Source: Lama guanicoe (lineage: Eukaryota). From it: DNA of 64,000 nucleotides. A program made the translations under genes and the position numbers. The stretch spans positions 16,012,941 through 16,076,940 of the forward strand of contig MU054187.1 in assembly GCA_013239625.1 (NCBI GenBank), read 5' to 3'. Under the pieces are notes generated by a model. The model had not been told where the DNA came from. It was given only the letters and a program-made list of their open reading frames with translations, and searched no databases. Shown piece after piece: positions 1 through 12,975 of the stretch (its first letter is position 1; each line of letters begins with the position of its first letter).

Positions 1-447
1 TCACTACCTTTCAGTTAAGATAATAATTTCAAGGCAAGGAGAAAAGCTGAGTACTATTTAAAAGCATCAGTATGCGCTTCAAAAGAGACAAAGTTCAAAT
101 TAACACTAAATGGACTTTTACTAATGGAAGTTTGAAACATAATTGTAAACAATTCATCTATGAGGATGCAAAAGTTCTCCACCTTCACCTCTACCTCATT
201 AATGGAAACACAGCTTTCTGTAATTTTTATTGAAATGAACCTATACCTGAATTTTACAAAAAAAAAATTGCTCTGAATAGGAAATTCTGCCACTAAGGAC
301 AACTGTATTGAATTTCTTTAAGGTCAGTGTTAGAGCGGGCTACCTTTTAGAGGATACTTAGCAACAGCCAATTGGAAAAGTCAGATGTAGTTCAAGTCCA
401 GGGCCATCTGAACTGTTAAGATACTGACAAAAATAAATATAAAATAG

Positions 448-690
448 TGATAATAATAGCTAATGTTTATTGAAAATTTTCTGTTTGCCAAGAACTATTT
501 TGTATAATTTTTCATGGATTAACTGAAGGAATCTCTGACAGCAATCTGAGGAAGAAGATAATACTACTTTTCCTATTTTACATATGAGAAAACTGGGGCA
601 CATAGAAGTTAAGTAATTTGTCTGAGGTCCAACAGTTAATGTCAGAGCCAAATTGCGACCTCAAGGAATTTGATCTCAGAGCTTACGTTA
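448..690 (-). mobile_element. MIR SINE
   Basis: Reverse-complement MIR core: cctattttacatatgagaaaactggggcacatagaagttaagtaatttgtctgaggtc. The tail aatagctaatgtttattg is at the left end. Confidence 0.85.
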
Positions 691-994
691 TGCCACTGTA
701 GACAAATGACCAGGGTTGATGACTTAGGCTGAGTGTAAAGTTGAAGATTACAAAATTTTTTTATATCAGTAAATACCATAATTATTTGGCAGAATTTATG
801 CATTCATTCATTCCTGTTTTTTTTATCACATTAGTTGAATTCATTGAATTCCTAATAAGTCAGTTCCCATGAGAAATAAACTTTATACTGAAAGGCAGGG
901 CCCAGCTTCATCTGTAGCTAAAGAACTCACAATTGGTATTGGAAACAGGTCTTTTTTTCCCTGTTAGGCTTTGTTTCTTCACCTGAAAATTAAG

Positions 995-1210
995 GATTCA
1001 TTAGTTCATTCTATCAAAACCTTTCAAATCTACTATGTGCTTAGGATGCACAGGATACTCAGGAAAAAATAGGGCCCAGACTTGAGAAACATACAGTGTA
1101 GTTGGGAAGACAGATACTTAATGAAGCATTCATGATTATGTATTACTTTAGGCTGCTGTAGGGGAAATAGTGGAAGCCATGGGAGCAGATAGAGAGTTGG
1201 GTCAGGCAGG
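995..1210 (-). mobile_element. L2 3' fragment
   Basis: attcattagttcattc...tactatgtgcttagg...gagaaacatacagtgtagttgggaagacaga resembles the reverse complement of the L2 3' end. Confidence 0.6.
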
Positions 1211-3329
1211 GAGGTGGGGGCTGGACCTGGAAGTGTGGCTTCCAGGTTGTGTCATTCTAGGCATCACTGTTTGCACCCGAGTCTGTTAGAGAGCATCACC
1301 TGACTGCAACCATAAGCAATTTGTTGTTCTTAAAAGGACTGAATGACAAACTGAGAGTAAAGGAAAAATGCTTTGTAAATGGTAATGTACTATGCAAATA
1401 CAAAATGTTTAAATTGTTAATATTATTATTAAATTACTGTTAATAAATTACACAACTAGATCCATTGTTTGCTTGGAAAGTACTGTTTTGTAGCCCCAAG
1501 GAGGAAATGGAAATGAGCAAAACAAGACACCATGCAGTAGTAACATACCATTAGTTACTTAAATTGCATAATAAAATATTTGTCATTCTCCATAATCACA
1601 ATCATCATATGAAATTATTTGATGTTAATTTATTACCTTAATTTCCATTTATGAGAAAACTAATTTTTAAGTGGGCAAGGCACTGGTTGCTCAGATTTTG
1701 CCTTGAAAATATATTCTAGTATCTTCACAAGAATATTGTACAACTTGTGTTTCTTTTTTCATATGTAGATATTCCATAGGATTTCAGAAAAAGTTATTCT
1801 AGTGTGACAAAGTTTTAAAAATATATTTCTCATGTACTTTAATATTTTTATCTTTCGATTACATAAAATTAGTATTTGCTGCTGTTTTTACGTATATATT
1901 TTTCCTGTTTGCAGGAAAATTGCTGTTGTTAAAAAGAATAATTTTTAACCTATGAAAAATTTGATTTACTTTAAAATACCCTCCAAGTGGTTCAGTGTGG
2001 TATTTTATGCACAAAAAAGAATTTCTGATAAAATTGTTTACATTTGTGGACATTTTCCAAGTTCAACTTTTGGTTAGTATTAATATTAACAGCTGGAAAG
2101 ACTTGTAATACTTAGTAGAGGTAACTTTCTAAAACATTGGTTGGAATTTGATGCAGTACTTTTCCCATTGGCTGTGATAGAAATCATGTTTCTAAAGTCT
2201 AAGCAAATGATTTGAGAATGTGATAATTAGTGTTTATAAACTGAATTTTTAAAATTGATATTTAGGAAACAATATATTACTATGGACCTTATTTTTAATA
2301 TGGCATTTACATACAATTCTTAAAAACAAATGAAACAAAAGAACCCTATCTGTATCTAAAATTAAAGAATAAATTTGTTTTTAAATAAATGTTTCCCCTT
2401 GTTTGGAATTCTTTTCCTTCTTAATTCTTCCCAGGTTCTCCATGAAATTGAAAGGTAGTATGTGCCAACATCCTTAATATCTTGCATGGTACTTGGAACA
2501 TAACATAATGTTGAACAAATTAATAAATAAATACTTGTGCTTTCCCATTTTCTTTTCTTTTTGAATGTAAGTAAACATGAAAAATAATCAAAGAAGCAAA
2601 AGTTGTGGCTGCGTTGTGTAGGTGTTCTTACTTCCTGGGTAAGATTTTTCCACTGATTTGAATGCAACTACAGTCAGGGGAAAGGAGGCTATTCCAGACT
2701 CTAACTTCAGGCATTCACCATCATGTTAGCAAAAAATGATCCTCATTCTTTCAGCTTTCCTTCCTCCATCCCTTCAAATGATTTCTATCTCTCTGCTTTG
2801 TTTCAGAATTGATAACCTTGGATAGCTCAGTTCCAAAAGTTCAGAAAGTAATTTTTCATCTGTCAGTTTTGCTGATAACACAACATGGTAGAACTTAAAC
2901 TGATAATGTGAAAGACTCCCCTTTGCCGACCTGCACCAAACATGCAGAGAAAAATAGTCACTGCCTAACAAGTCTATGATGGGATGAGTAGGCGGGAAAA
3001 GAAACCTTCTCCTTCCTGTGCACTTATTACATGCTGCACACCATCTTCATGTTTATTTCTAGGTCTAGGTATTATCTTAGTTTTATGGATATGAAAAAGA
3101 AGGTTACTAGAGGTGAAGCGATTCTCTGAAGATCTCTCATCTTTTAGGAATATAGTAACTTGTATAAGGTTTTGAAAAGTGAGATCTTTAAAATCGAAGT
3201 TCCTCTTCTTGTATCATATTAGTCAATAGTACGTATGTACATAAGCATTTTTTCTCAGCCACAATGTATATAACAAAAACCTTATCTTGAAAAGAAAAAA
3301 GTATAAGACTTTAGGGAATGGAAAAAGAA

Positions 3330-3440
3330 TGTATATATAAAATACATATTTTACATATGTGCATTATATATATACACATACCATATACACATACATACAT
3401 AGGTATGTTGTGTACACATGTATATTTATATATTTATTAG
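3330..3440. repeat. Degenerate (TA)/(CA)/(TACA) low-complexity tract
   Basis: Seen directly: tatatatacacataccatatacacatacatacat. Confidence 0.8.
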
Positions 3441-3734
3441 TATTTACAATGATATTTTGTGATTTCAGTAACTTTATTACTCATCCCGAAAATATATATT
3501 TTGGTCATTTCAGTTTTTTTTCCTCCTCATTTTTAAAGTACCCATAGTGGTATACAGTAGTCCATAGACTTCTAATAAATACTCTTAATATTTTCTTTTT
3601 ATATTCCTGTTTGCATAGGCATTAGGCTCAAAATTATATTATTGTAAGATTGCATCACCAGATCTGTAATAGATGTAAGAATCCCAGAATGATTGGTAGT
3701 GCTGATTTGAGGTTGCAAAGACTTGTAGAGATAA

Positions 3735-3915
3735 TGTGGGCTCTAAAGTCATAAAGCCAGTGCCCATTCACTGGGCTTGTGACCAACAGCAAGTTACTCA
3801 CCTCACTAAGCTTAAATTTCCTTATCTGTGAAATAGGCATAATCATTTATTTGCAAGGTTCTTGTGAAGTTTACAAACAACATATGTAAACTACCTTGCA
3901 GAGTACCTCAGTAAA
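3735..3915 (+). mobile_element. MIR SINE
   Basis: gtgaccaacagcaagttactcacctcactaagcttaaatttccttatctgtgaaatagg matches the MIR core. Confidence 0.8.
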
Positions 3916-6900
3916 CAATTCTGGAATGAACAAATGAACCTCTTGATCACTTTTATTTTAAACTAGAGACAGGCAAACTTGCCCAGCATCCCCAAGGGGT
4001 GCCAAAGATTCCTATTTCGTTATAGCTTGGGTGGGTAGAAACAAGCTGCTACCTCAGACCGAACTGGGATGATATGAACTAGAATAAACTAGGACAAATT
4101 ATTCAAATGACAGCTAGCCCTGGTTAACTGTAAATGCCGTATTACCCCCCACACACTTGTTTAACTAAATTCCTAAAGAGCAGAGATACACAAACATTTT
4201 GACAAAAAAAAATCTTGACAAAAATTTATAATTGTAAGAGACTGGGATGGGCAAAAACAAAAATAAGTAATTATACAGTAGTATTTTTCCTTTGAAAATT
4301 CATGCGGAAAGGCATTAAATAGAAACATGTATTTATATGAATATATGCACTAGCTATTATTGTCTTAAGGATAGTAACATTAGCTATCTATTTAGCAGTT
4401 ATTTTTGTTGCTATAATTATTTTTTAAAAACTCCGTAGTCCTTGGCTATTTCTTCTATGGAATAAAGACACAAATACTGTATTAGTTTGAAGTCTTTGAC
4501 TAGAGCCAGTGATCTTCTGAGATATTTCAGCTCTGATATCCAAGAGTAAATAAATTTAGAAACAGTAACGTTTAGGTCTCTAAAGTTCATGCTTGAATTA
4601 TTATCGTGCAGTAATTATTTCATTTCTACTATTATTATTTTACTTTCTGCTTCTTGTTCATGACTAGGTGAAATCTCTGAGATCCAGGTGTAAGAGCTCT
4701 TTGGACGCTTTCTGTTGTTCTGTCTCTCACCCCTTTTCACTGGCTGTGCCTTAGATCAGGGTTTTACAACGTGATCCTCCTAGAATTTCCTTCTGAATCC
4801 ATTAGAAAAGAATGCGTTGCTACTAGCTACTTATTTTAATCTTTTTGCTTATTTTTAGGTTCACCACCCCCCACATGTAAGCAACATGTCTTCTTTAAAC
4901 CAGCTTCCCTATCATGAATTCTTCATTCTATGCTGGGGAAGATAAAGTAGCTCTGTGTGCAGTCTCTGTCTTCATACTGATTAGAAACTCCTCTCAGTGT
5001 CTCCTGGTTTCTGTTTCTAGGTTGTGATCAGAAAAGAATCTGTCTGTGTTATGCCCATTTCACTCTGATAGGGTAATCTGATCATTCCAAATTTCTATTT
5101 CAGGACTGCAAAATGTGTATCACTGCAGGTTTTTCATATTCTATTTTCCCCTATTTTTTAGTTAAAGAAATTGATATCTCTAAAAGGAGATATTAAATAT
5201 GATCTTCTGGCATTTATAAAGCTTTCACAAGTGCTGTGGCAAGATGCTTCCTGAAATAACAAAAGTTTTCATTGGCATTAAGCTTTGCAAGGTACAAGCT
5301 GTGATTGAATAAAGGTTGCAGATGAGTGTTTAATGCTAGTTCCATTGGTTAGAAAAGTAATATGTTAATTTTCTATATAAAATATTTGGTTTAGGAAATA
5401 CATGAAAAGAAATACATTTGCAAATACAATTACAGTTACAATTGAGGATAAATGTTCAGGATTTGAAGCAAAAGTGAAGGTGTAGATAGCAATGTCATTT
5501 TAGGGCCTAATGTCAAAAGCTAGTCTACCTTGTATAATTCAATTTGGGAGGCAATGACCTAGATATGTGAGAGGACATGGGATGTGTGGTGAGGGATGTA
5601 TGCCAATAAGAAAGAGAATGAAATTGCTGACATGAGTTAATTGTGAGACAGATGCTTCTAATGTAATGAGTTATAAGAGAAAAAAATTAGTTTTAACATA
5701 TCACTAAAGTTGCAAATATAATATATATTGGATAATTGTCCTATCTTACTTTGCCTAATGAAGCTACGTTTTCTTGCTTTGTGTTATGTGAAAATAATCT
5801 GTTAAATTTTTATTTGGAAGAAATGTGCTTACAAATTTTTGTTATTTTTTTTTCTCATGAAAAGATTTTAAACAAGACTTCAAATGCTGTGTTTATAACA
5901 GAAAAAAAAAAGTATCTACAGGAATTATTTTGAAAGCAAAGTAAGTTTCATTTTCCAGTTAAAATATTTCCTCAAAACCTTGTAGAAGACATGCATCCTG
6001 GTCGTTTAAAACATTCATAAAGAGCACGAGTATTTCCTTTTTACTTAAAAGCTCAGATATTTTATAGACCCGAGAAGCGATTTCTAGGTGAGGAGTAATC
6101 ATTGGCCTAATAAAGGTAGATTGCTGTAAGCCTCTTTCCTCCCATTTCCCTTCTGTGTGACCTTTATGCTTCCACACTTTGCAGGTTCTTCCTGCCCCCA
6201 TCATAAAATTGTCCAGCCATTCCTCACACTCATTTGTATGATTTTCCTTAATGGCCAAATGTGTCATGCTATCCCACATGGTCCCTTCATTCCTGTGAAT
6301 CTGCTCGAAATTTTGCCCTTCATTTCCTTTGTCATTTTGTGCCATCTTTCCCCCTCTTTTGTTTCCTGACTATCATTTTGGTATCTAACAAATTAGCCTA
6401 AATAGATACTTCACGTTCTATATGTTGATACGCCACCTTTTCCTTCACTTTTCTGAATCAAAGTGAATTTTAATAGGATGTCTTTTTACAATAGAATAAA
6501 ATTGCAAACTGAATCCAAGTTTTTGAATAACGTTAAAACACATGCACAGAGTCTCATTCTACAAGAGTTTGCATCACAGAATTAAAAAACAAATAGCTTC
6601 AATTATGATAACTAAACAAACTTTCTGATTGCAGGCTAAATGCCTTAGACTAAACCAGTAATGATAAAACAGCTCATTTAGTGGAAATGCAGGCTTCTTT
6701 TAAATGCACATCACTTTCTTTGTTAACATGGAACCTTATTTAATTTTTAATATGGTAATTAGGATGTATGTATGTGTCACTTTACTTTATGATGTTTACT
6801 TAACATCATTTTGATTATTAGCAAGAAAAACATTCTGTGTATGCTATTGCAACCTCAAGCATTGATTAAACTCTTCACTGTTCATGAAGACTGACAAGGA

Positions 6901-8639
6901 TTCAAAGGAGGAAATATAAAATTTGAAGGTACAACAAAATAGTGATATTTCACTCTATAAAACTGCCAATATTTTAATCCTGTATGTAAATCATTTTTAT
7001 CAGTTCAACTCCATATCTTCATTTGTATACCAAGAAAATACCCTGTTGCATTAACTTTAAGTAACAATGTGATATTAAGTGCACTCTACTTCAAGATCTT
7101 TGTAAGCAAGTAAGTCTTTTTTTTTTCATGTTGGCCTGCAATTTCTTTACTTTCCTATGAATAGATTCTTAAGGTATATTTTTCATTTTCCTGCTGTTAA
7201 CAACCTACCTTTCATTATTTTGTTATTTAGAATCTTTACTTTCTCAGCTTAAGTGATGTCTTTGTCAATGATAACATTGTGTTCATTTAGAGTGATGATT
7301 GATATGGTAATAGATACAGTGTGATTGAAAGCAACCTTTGTCAATAAGAAGGCCAAATACTCAAACTGTGTATTGGTCTGAATTTGCTCATTATTGGAGA
7401 CCTTTCATAGTCATATTGACTTGCTGTCCAAATGTTGTTACTTACCTGATGCTTCCATTGTTTAAATGGTATAGACATTGGTATTGAACATAGCTTCCCC
7501 CAATATTTGTCCTAAAATACACATGGCTCAATTTTGCAATGTTCGAGCATGTTATAAAAGTGTATAAAACAGAGATTTTTGAGCTTAACAAGAGATATTT
7601 GAGATTATAAAAAGGACAAAAACACATCAGAAAAAAAGCTACAAGTACTGTGCTTTTATGTTCTTAGTCTACTACATTCTTAATTTTGAGATACTGTCTT
7701 GTCTATTTTTAATTAGCAAAAAAAGATATAAAATATACAAATGAAATATTTTATCATTATTGCTCAGGTATTTGATTTCATAATGTTGGTCTTCAGAAAA
7801 GTTGTAACAGAATAGTTTGTTACAAATTCCATGACATTTTAATGCATACAGACAATGACACATACATTTAAACTGGCAAAACAGCCCATTTAAAGATTCT
7901 GTACACGGATCATGAATGTGAAAGAACCTGATTTCTTTCTACCCAGGAAGACTTATTTCCTCTTTCCTTTGGGTGCCGTAACCTCCCAACAGGGGGAGTA
8001 TTATCTCTGTTTTCCCTGTAGGACGCTGGGCTGCCTGAGGACATCTTTCCTTGTTTGTCTCTCTCTTCCCCCTTCCCCTCCCCTGCCCCCCATGTTTCTG
8101 CTGTGCCTGGTACTTGGTAGAGGATCTGTACACGTTTGTTGATTTGAAGAATATGAGTTCAGAACTTCCAAAAGAGAGATGACTGGATTACTGTTGTTTC
8201 CATATAGCACTTAACGTAAAGACAGACATGGCTAAATTTGCTAAGAAAGTGTTCAGTCCAGACGATACGACACACATACATGACCCTTGATTATCTTGCT
8301 GCAGAAACAGTAACCTAAAAGTACATTTTCTTAACCGTTATCTACTTACACATAGAACTATCCATGCTCTCAAATTTTATGGTTATCCTCATTTTTCAAA
8401 AAAAAATCAATATCCTTTAGCTTATGGTCAGCTAATCCCTTCTTATTGCAGTGCACATTCCCTACGTCCAGGTGTATTAACAGACTCATCATTTACTTTT
8501 TCAGAGAATGATTTTCTGAATTGTCCAAGAACCTTGCTTTTTCTTCTTTCTTGTTGAGTTGCTAGAAAGTCGTGGTTATTTAAATAACGCTTCTCCACTG
8601 CCTCCCTTGCATACCAATATTTCATGTGCAGTGCTTTTC

Positions 8640-9465
8640 ACAGCCATTCCTTGTTTTCTGCTTCTGTTGCTGTCTCTGTAATCCAGGCCCTGATAACTAG
8701 TGTAACTGACTTACTGATTAGACATTGGAATCTAGTATCTCTCCTCATTTTCTGCTCTCATTTCACCTTGCAGCCTGCTTTAGATCATGTTGCTCAAAGT
8801 CTTCCGTTTGCTTACAGGGTGAAATTTAAACTCATTACACTAGCATTCATGAAATTCTTTGTTTTGATCCCTCCCCACCTATAATTTTAATTTTATCTCT
8901 CTTGTCTACACTATAAGAACTCAGTTTCCACACTATATCCAGCACACCTTGCTTTTTTCCTTCCCCAAGTTTATACTCAGTTACGTGACCTTGTCCAAAA
9001 TAATCTCATTTCCCCAGTTTTAACCATGCTAAACTCAGCACATCTTTCAGGATCCTGTTCGGATACTAATTGTGTCATAAACCTTTCCTGATTTCCCAAG
9101 TTTTATATAACATTTCATTCAGGTTAGCTTCCAGGTGAGGGGTAGCACAGGGCACCTCCCTAGGCCCTTCCCCATTTCTCCTCAAGGTAGAGACGTCATA
9201 TTCATCCTCAGTGCTTCGTACTGCCCAGCAGCAGGGCCAGCTGCATGGGTGTGTAAGCTGTGCAGTTAACTCAGGGCCACGCTGTTAAAAGTGCCCTGTG
9301 CTTGGTTTAATGCTCTGCTGTCTCCATCTTGAAATTATTCAACTTTGAACAAGGGTCTCTAAATTTTATTTTTGCACTGGGCCCCACAAATTATCTGGTC
9401 AGTCCTGTCTAATGATGCATTTTTCACCAAGTAATTGCTCTATAAATATCTGTTAAATGGAATGC
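8640..9465 (+). mobile_element. L2 3' region, interrupted by a MER91A-like element
   Basis: Pyrimidine-rich L2-like text (gatcatgttgctcaaagtcttccgtttgcttacagggtgaaatttaaactcatt) ending in gctctataaatatctgttaaatggaatg. Confidence 0.6.
9232..9407 (+). mobile_element. MER91A-like hAT-Tip100 MITE
   Basis: Starts cagggccagc and ends gtcagtcctg. Internal cttggtttaatgctctgctgtctccatcttgaaatt and ttttgcactgggccccacaaattat match the recalled MER91A consensus. Confidence 0.85.
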
Positions 9466-12391
9466 TTGCCAATTTCCCAACTTATTTCTCTCCTTCATTG
9501 TAACAAAACCAGATAAAAACCTAAAACATAAAGCAGTCGGTGCTTTTATTTTTATAATCTTGCAAAGAGGCTTGATTGGAAAGAAAATTTTAAAATAATG
9601 GTTGAATGAAATATTTTACAGATTTTAGTATTTACTCTTATTCCAGTGTATTGTCAAAGATGGAAAGTGATAAGTTTTCACAGAGGTTGGGATAGGTTTT
9701 TTATGTTTAAAGAAAATGACTTGCTTATCATCTTAACGTTAAGATAGAAGATGGTTTGGGATTTTCATAGTTGACCCTGAAATTGACACATATATTCAGT
9801 ATTATGCTTGCAATGACTGAATTACCTAGAAAAAAAAAATAAGCAGCAATATATTGAAGATGGTAGTGATTCACTATTCAATCAACTCAGTTACATTCGC
9901 TAACTTATAAGACTTTTCTTGAGGCTGGTATAATGTTCAGGAGCACATTTGATAATTATTATTTAGAAAACAGCAATGAAACAAGATTGTATAGGATTTA
10001 ATAGTTAGAAGGCTGACAACCCTTAGATCCTATCCTGAGTGGCCCATCATTTGCAGTACTTCAGATGTCTCTGGCAAGAATTTTTCTCTGAGTTATTTTG
10101 AGAGATGTTGATCTAGAAATATTTCCACACTATTACCTTTTTTTTATTATTATTCTCTATAGATTTTACCTTGAGTACATGTTCAAGGCCAAATTCTCTC
10201 TGCCCAAGATTCGCAATAGAAAAATCCTTCAAGGACATTGTGTGTTCTCTCTGTGTACTGAATGCCTCAACTTTATATATGATTGCACAGGAGTTCATGC
10301 ACAGAAGAGGAATTTAAACACCAATGGACATACAGTAACATCTTTCTCTTCGTGTTTTAGAAGTTATATATTTATATTCCATAATCTAATTTTCTTTAAT
10401 TATGTCTTACCATCCAAGTGGCTATAATAATATAATAAATAGAAGTGATTCTTATTTAGCTGCCATGATAGTTAATTTCCAAGGCTCAGAACACATGATT
10501 TAGAGAAATGTATATTTTAAGCCATGGACAACTTGTGTATGCTAAGTATCAGGTAGATATGTACAGGCCCCAAAAATGTAGTAAGTGAATGCAGATATAA
10601 TGAACTCTTTAAAATTCAAAACTTCTGTATGTCTGAAAACTTCAAATTAATTACATCTAAATTACCTTTTGTGAATAATATTTGGAATTCCCAAGTATGT
10701 GCTGAAACAATGAATTTGCTTAGTGATATTGCTAATCAGTATCAATACAAAATATTTTATTTTTATATTTAAAAATATATTTGTGTACATAAGTCTAATA
10801 TTCCTTAGACTATTAACCAGTTCTTTCAGTTTGTTCTGTATAATGGAACATGAGAACCTATTTGGAAAAGAGTTCTGCTTTTTAGAGGAATGCTAACTAA
10901 GAATGATTTCAAATTCTTGAAACAAATAACTGTAATTAACTCTGATTCAAGGCTTTAGCATTTCATTGTTTCAGAGTTACATATACAGGTTTAATCTACT
11001 TGGCCTGAAAATGCGTTGTGAATAATTATGAGCAGAGACTTACATAGATGTAAATGACACACAGTGTGGCACATTCTAAACAAAATATGAACCCTATGGG
11101 AGCTAGCCCAAAGATGGACTCTCTGATAACTTTTAATACTTTGAATATATGAGACACTCATAAATATTTTCTGCAAACCTGGTGAATGAGGCAGATTTTA
11201 CTTTAATAATTTCACTGTGAAATCTGATGCATCAAAAGTTAATAGCTTTTTAAATAGAACATATATTTGAAAAGAGCCAAGTTGAAACTAGATTATCTTT
11301 TAATAGATATGAATATTCACAATCTTAAGGTGGAGACAGAGACAGAGGTGGGGGGAGAGAAAGAGGGAGAGGAAAAAATATATTTAGAGGCAAATAACAT
11401 AAAATAATAATATATAGTCTTGCTTTCGTTTCAGATGTACGCCCTAAGCCTATGATGTGAAGGGATATGATTGGCTTTATATCTGGGATCCTTTAGTTAA
11501 AGTTTCTCTTAATATATTAGTAATACTTTCCAAATAGAAGAGACCTTTGAATTTTCCAGCTGAGGAAGGCAGGGTATTCAGGGAAGGGTAGGGAGAGATG
11601 GCCTCTTACAAAACTGTCATGATCATGTCACTAGGCAAAAATATTTACCAATCAGTAAAGAAATAACTTCTTCTCTAAGGGTTAATGAATCAGTTTTAAA
11701 TGTTGCACTCTCAGCAGGCATTTAAAAATAAATATCTCACTGGAAACTAAGTGATCCAACTCCACCTGTATGCTAATAATGTTTGCTAATATCTCTTTTC
11801 TTCATGGCACATGCCTTGAGTAATTCTCTCTCATCAAACGTGTCTGATCTATTTAGTGCTACCCAATGTGTAATGGCATGTAGATATAAATACTAATGGA
11901 GAAAGTGCACTGCCTTAGGGAACACCCATCATGACAAGTAACTAATTGGTTTATGTACATTAGTACCAAGTGAAGCGTTTTACATCTTCTGAATGGCACC
12001 AGCACCCTCTACTTTCTAATTTACCAAAATGTCATGTCCCTTCCTGAAAGAAAGAATTAGAAGAGCTTTTTTTTTTTTTTTTTTAAAGCATCACAGTAAC
12101 TCCTCTCAATTCACTGTGCCCTGCAAGCTGGGTTGAAAATCATTCTAAGTCATAGAATATTTAATATTATACAACAAGTCTTTGAGTAGTACAAACATTT
12201 TAATAGTATTACTTCCTCTGATCCATGAACCCAGGATATTATTTTATTTATTTGTGTCTTTTTCAGTTTCTTTCTCAAAGTCTTGTTTCCATGTACAGAT
12301 CTTTCATTTTTTTGGTTAAATGAATTCCTAAATATTTTATTATTTTTGGTACTATTGTAAATGGTATCATTTTCTTTATTTCTTTTTCAGG

Positions 12392-12858
12392 TACAGAATT
12401 ACAATGATTTGACGTATAATTTTTCAGCTTTACAATGGCGCTAAATAAGTATGTGTTCAGTGGAAACCATATTACAAATTTGAATTTTGATCTTTTCTCA
12501 GGCTAGCAACGTGTGGTGTAATACTATCTTGTAATGCTGGGCAGTAGCGGCAAGCCACAGCTCCCATCCAGACACATCATCATGAGTGTAAACAATTAAC
12601 ACACGTACAACCATTCTTCACCCCTACAGCCATTTATAAACATTTTTAGTACAGTTTAGTACAATGAGTTATTTAATACTTTATTATAAATAAGCTTTGT
12701 GTTAGATGATTTTTCCCAACTGAATGCTAATGTAACTGTTCTGAGCACATTTAAGGTAGGCTTGGCTACGCTATGATGTTTGACAGGTTAGGCATATTAA
12801 ATGCATTTTCAACTTATGATATTTTCACTGTATGATGATGGGTTTATCATAATGTAAT
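12392..12858. mobile_element. MER47/Tigger5-like DNA transposon nested in L1
   Basis: gctttgtgttagatgatttttcccaactg...ttctgagcacatttaaggtaggcttggctacgctatgatgtt...aaatgcattttcaacttatgatattttca matches the recalled MER47/Tigger5 consensus. L1 text resumes on both sides. Confidence 0.8.
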
Positions 12859-12953
12859 TTTGTTATTAGTGTATAGAAATTCAACTAGTTTTTGTATGTT
12901 GGTTTTGTAGCCTATAACTTTACTGAATTTGTTGATTAATTTTAACAGGGTTT

Positions 12954-12975
12954 TGTGTGTGTGTGTGTGTGTGTG
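12954..12975. repeat. (TG)11 microsatellite
   Basis: Seen directly. Confidence 0.95.

Noticed and set aside
1225..1247. Perfect 9-bp inverted repeat acctggaag/cttccaggt
   Set aside because: Short stems of this size are expected by chance in 64 kb, and it is too short for a miRNA hairpin.
6068..6087. 20-nt cassette tag|ACCCGAGAAGCGATTTCTAG|gtgagg
   Set aside because: Poor polypyrimidine tract and non-3n length. Support is insufficient.
5959..6345. 128-aa minus-strand ORF
   Set aside because: No recognisable domain. It is the antisense of a pyrimidine-rich tract, which depletes stop codons by composition.
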